Shown here in pieces: positions 36,601-39,848 of a stretch of 39,848 nt of DNA. The position numbers and the translations under genes are program-made. This stretch comes from Nemertoderma westbladi (Eukaryota > Animalia > Xenacoelomorpha). The stretch covers positions 1 to 39,848 of the forward strand of contig JAUCBJ010006977.1 of assembly GCA_032718475.1 (NCBI GenBank), in the 5' to 3' direction. How positions within the stretch are numbered: the stretch's first letter is position 1; each line of letters opens with the position of its first letter. A model generated the notes under the pieces. The model searched no databases. It was not told the origin of the DNA and saw nothing but the letters and a program-made list of their open reading frames with translations.

Positions 36601-36693
36601 ATGGAGACGACATATCAAATATGTCCTTACAACCCTTCCCACAGAGTGGCCGATGCTCGAATGCTTAGGCATCTTATAAAATGTAGAAATCCG
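36601..36693 (+). pseudogene. GTSF1: Truncated GTSF1-like gene, first CHHC finger only (not in ORF track)
   Basis: METTYQICPYNPSHRVADARMLRHLIKCRNP, then runs into poly-G and the right TIR; stop at 36771. Confidence 0.8.
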
Positions 36694-36728
36694 GGGGGGG
36701 GGGGGGTGGAGTTTGTCAAAATGTGGAA

Positions 36729-37336
36729 TGGGAGCAATGGGGTAATGGGAGCTATAGGGAGACATTTGTAATGGGAGCAATGGGGAGACTCGTGTAATGG
36801 GAGCAATAGAGGCAATGCGAACTATAGGGAGACATTTGTAATGGGAGCAATGGGGACACTCTAGGTAATGCGATCTATAGGGAGACATTTGTAATGGGAG
36901 CAATGGGGATACTCGGCTAATGGGAGCTATGGGGAGACTCGGCTAATGGGAGCAATGGGGAGACTCGGCTAATGGGAGCAATGGCCAAGGGAGCTATAGG
37001 AGCCATAAGGAGCCATAGGGAGCTAATGGGAGCTATGGGCAATGGGAGCTATGGGAGCCAATGGGAGCTATAGGAGCCATAAGGAGCCATAGGGAGCTAA
37101 TGAGAGCTATGGGCAATGGAGCTAATGGGAGCTATGGGCAATGGGAGCTATGGGAGCCAATGGGAGCTATGGGAGCCAATGGGAGCTATAGGAGCCATAA
37201 GGAGCCATAGGGAGCTAATGGGAGCTATGGGCAATGGGAGCTATGGGAGCCAATGGGAGCTATAGGAGCCATAAGGAGCCATAGGGAGCGAGTGGGGGGG
37301 GGGGGCTGGTCCAAAGCGGGGCAATCCCTCACTACT
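36729..37336 (-). repeat. Right terminal inverted repeat
   Basis: AATGGGAGC arrays, poly-G, ends CCCTCACTACT. Confidence 0.92.
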
Positions 37337-37583
37337 GCTGTATACCCTAGGGCTAAATAAGGCTAAAGTCCATGGTTAGATGGTTCCAATAATGACAATT
37401 AGCAATGGTAAGTAATATAAAAACTAATTATTGGTAATTCTAAAAATATAAATCAATATATATAAAGTAAAAGTAATACAATTAATTAATTTAAAATAAA
37501 GTACAATTAATTAATTTAAAATAAAGTACAAATAAATAAAGTAAAAATAAATACAAATAATTAATTAAAATTAAATACAAATA

Positions 37584-38291
37584 CAGTACAGGCCACCAGA
37601 AAACGCAGATTTGTACAATTGTGAACACATTTTATCAAATGGGTACCAGTGTAATGTATTGTTGTTGAACGGGACAATTGAACATAATTGAACATAATTG
37701 AATTGGAAACAATCAAAATTTTTTCGCCAAAGGATACAATTGAATACTTTTGAAACGCTTAGTAATCGGGAAACTCTCTGTAGTTTGCCGCGAACTGTCA
37801 CTCACTGCAGCTGGAAATGCGATAAGGATTTTGTTTACCTTTATAGTGTGCGGTTAATAGTGTCTAGTAGGCAGGCCTATAGTTAGTGAGGTTAAGACAT
37901 CTTCTGGTGTTTCTCTGTGCCCTCTCGGTGTCAGACTAATGGCGCGACATCTCCCTGCACTAAATTAATTATTCAATGGTCTAGGCTCCTCCATCCACAT
38001 ACCCATCCACTCCCATACACTCCATGAACCTCCATGTGGTCTTGTATGTAGTTCTCTCTCTACCAATACAGCCCATGTCGGCAATGTTACGCCCTGGGGG
38101 CTCTCTCATCTACCTGATATCAGACATACAGGCGCACCGCACACAAAGCCTTTGTGGGTCCCAGCAAGTTATCCCCCTGCTGTGTGATCTAGAAGATAAC
38201 TCGCCATAACCTGACAATCTGATGACTTCAACAAATGTGTTCACATGTGATCACATTGGATGAAATCTGCTTTTTCTGGTGGCCTGTACTG
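37584..38291. mobile_element. MITE / non-autonomous Tc1-mariner-like element, ~29-bp TIRs, TA TSD
   Basis: TA|CAGTACAGGCCACCAGAAAACGCAGATTT ... AAATCTGCTTTTTCTGGTGGCCTGTACTG|TA; the paralogous block near 21900 lacks it. Confidence 0.88.
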
Positions 38292-39773
38292 TAAATAAGT
38301 ATTAATAAATAAAAGAGCCGCGGTGTCACTTATGACACCCTTTGGTCCTCTAGGTGACAGTTAGATCTCACTGATGACCATTGCGTGTCAGAGCGCTAAT
38401 CAGTTTGATTAATTAGGATAATCAATTAAACCATAATTATGAGTCATAAGACATCTAATTAGGGTTTAATTGTACTAATTAATTGATGACACCTGTCAAT
38501 TATGGTCTAATTAGCCGAATTTAGGTTAGCAGTTTGGGTAAATTTCTTATTTATTTATTTAAATTTCTTAAATACCGATTTTGGGATAGAAGTGCTCAAT
38601 TTTAATCTGTATCTGATAAACTGAGCCTCGTGCTGCGCTAAGGCCCCACGAACGTGTACTGTATAGTATAAGGGGTACACTCTCCAGTTTGCTGCATTCA
38701 GTTTTGGGGCTGATTTAGACAATCTAATTACAGACGAGCTAGTACAGGATGTGCAGGACAAATATAAATTTATGGACCACTTACAATACTTACAAACCCA
38801 TAACTGTATTACCGTGGGAGGGTGGTGTATAAAACACACCAATAAAAATGGCATACCAATTTGCCGATACACGAAATATCCCGACTCAGGAATATCAAAA
38901 TGTTTACCAAAAGAAAACCAAAACCTGTATTCCGTCCGATACCTTCCTGGAGTGGCTTTTAGATTTAGGATTTGGCCTTTCAAGGATAGCCTTCTATAAT
39001 AATATTGTTATGAACGAGAAATTCGTGCGGGGTCATACCAGTACGCTGCTGCTATGGCACACGAATTCTTTGTTCCAACAATACCTCGTATATTTGTACT
39101 AAAATGCGTGCCTGTACTAATGCTCAGGTATGCGCTATGCGATTCATGAAGGCATACTTACTCAAATATGGCGCGGGCAAGGAGGAACATCGGAAACATA
39201 TACTCGAAGAAACCAAAGTAGCGGGGGGAGTTTAGGGGGGAGGAACATTCTTAGGTCAACGAAAAAATTACAGGGGCGAGGATCGCAGAGGAAAAACGGG
39301 CAAAGAAGGGGTGCACAAGTCGGATCATCAGTGCAAATGAATTAATTTTTCATTCTTTAAAATTTTATTATTTTACCACCAGTGTAAAATTTCTCCACCT
39401 CCAAACTACATCCAAACTTGTATAGTATCCGATGATTCTAATTAGCCCACCCTTCCCCTACATATCAATCAGGAATGATCCGAATCTTAGAAATGGTGTA
39501 TTTATTGATAGCTAGAAGTATAATAGAAAATACAATATGTACTGTAGTACTTAATATAGAGATTAATACCTTTAAATGTAGCATCTATTAACTCATGTGC
39601 CTAGGACAGCACAAAGGACGGGTGGAAAGTACACATGTTACAAAGTCAGGGTATCTAGGGAAGCGGTATCTAGGGAAGCACGAACTTAAAGTACTGAGCG
39701 ATTACTAAGGATAAGTCAATGTGAGGTGTAAAAACGGTGTTGGTAAATAATAATTGTAATAATGGATTATACT

Positions 39774-39848
39774 CTATTTAATTACACGCTATTTAATTAT
39801 ACGCTATTTAATTACACGCTATTTAATTACACGCTATTTAATTATACG
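39774..39848. repeat. 15-bp tandem repeat (CTATTTAATTA(C/T)ACG), runs off the window end
   Basis: Five copies visible. Confidence 0.9.

Larger units (their letters stand above)
22513..37336 (-). mobile_element. Polinton/Maverick (adintovirus-like) element, both ends intact, internally deleted
   Basis: Termini AGTAGTGAGGGATTGCCCC... and ...GGGGCAATCCCTCACTACT; 6-bp TSD GCTGTA at 22507-22512 and 37337-37342; contains pPolB, penton, major capsid and protease genes. Confidence 0.96.

Noticed and set aside
38555-39345. Cluster of short ORFs that might be a decayed gene
   Set aside because: No recognisable motif; cannot support a call without a search.

Overview
AT-rich eukaryotic (probably invertebrate animal) genomic DNA made almost entirely of nested mobile elements. 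The main feature is a 14.8 kb Polinton/Maverick (adintovirus-like) element at 22513-37336. It has AGTAGT...ACTACT termini, long repetitive TIRs and a perfect 6-bp TSD (GCTGTA), and encodes pPolB, minor and major capsid proteins, a basic core-like protein, an adenain protease and a possible PC4-like ORF. An internal deletion removes the polymerase C-terminus, and no integrase or ATPase is visible. A second, divergent pPolB lineage occurs twice: 16132-20121, followed by a TBP-like gene, and a decayed copy at 7032-8779. The most notable observation is three GTSF1/Asterix-like CHHC zinc-finger genes (a PIWI/piRNA cofactor family): one intact (34102-34389), one truncated (36601-36693) and one pseudogene (3454-3753). 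Two lie inside the Polinton behind copies of an upstream element that also precedes the polymerase gene. This suggests, by inference, a virus/transposon-borne piRNA-pathway mimic. Other content: a DD41D (rosa) Tc1/mariner, a Penelope-type palindrome with two hammerhead ribozymes, a Helentron-associated (HINE/DINE-like) insertion, a TA-TSD MITE, a non-LTR RT fragment and several minisatellites. Alignments were done by eye, so boundaries may be off by a few bases.
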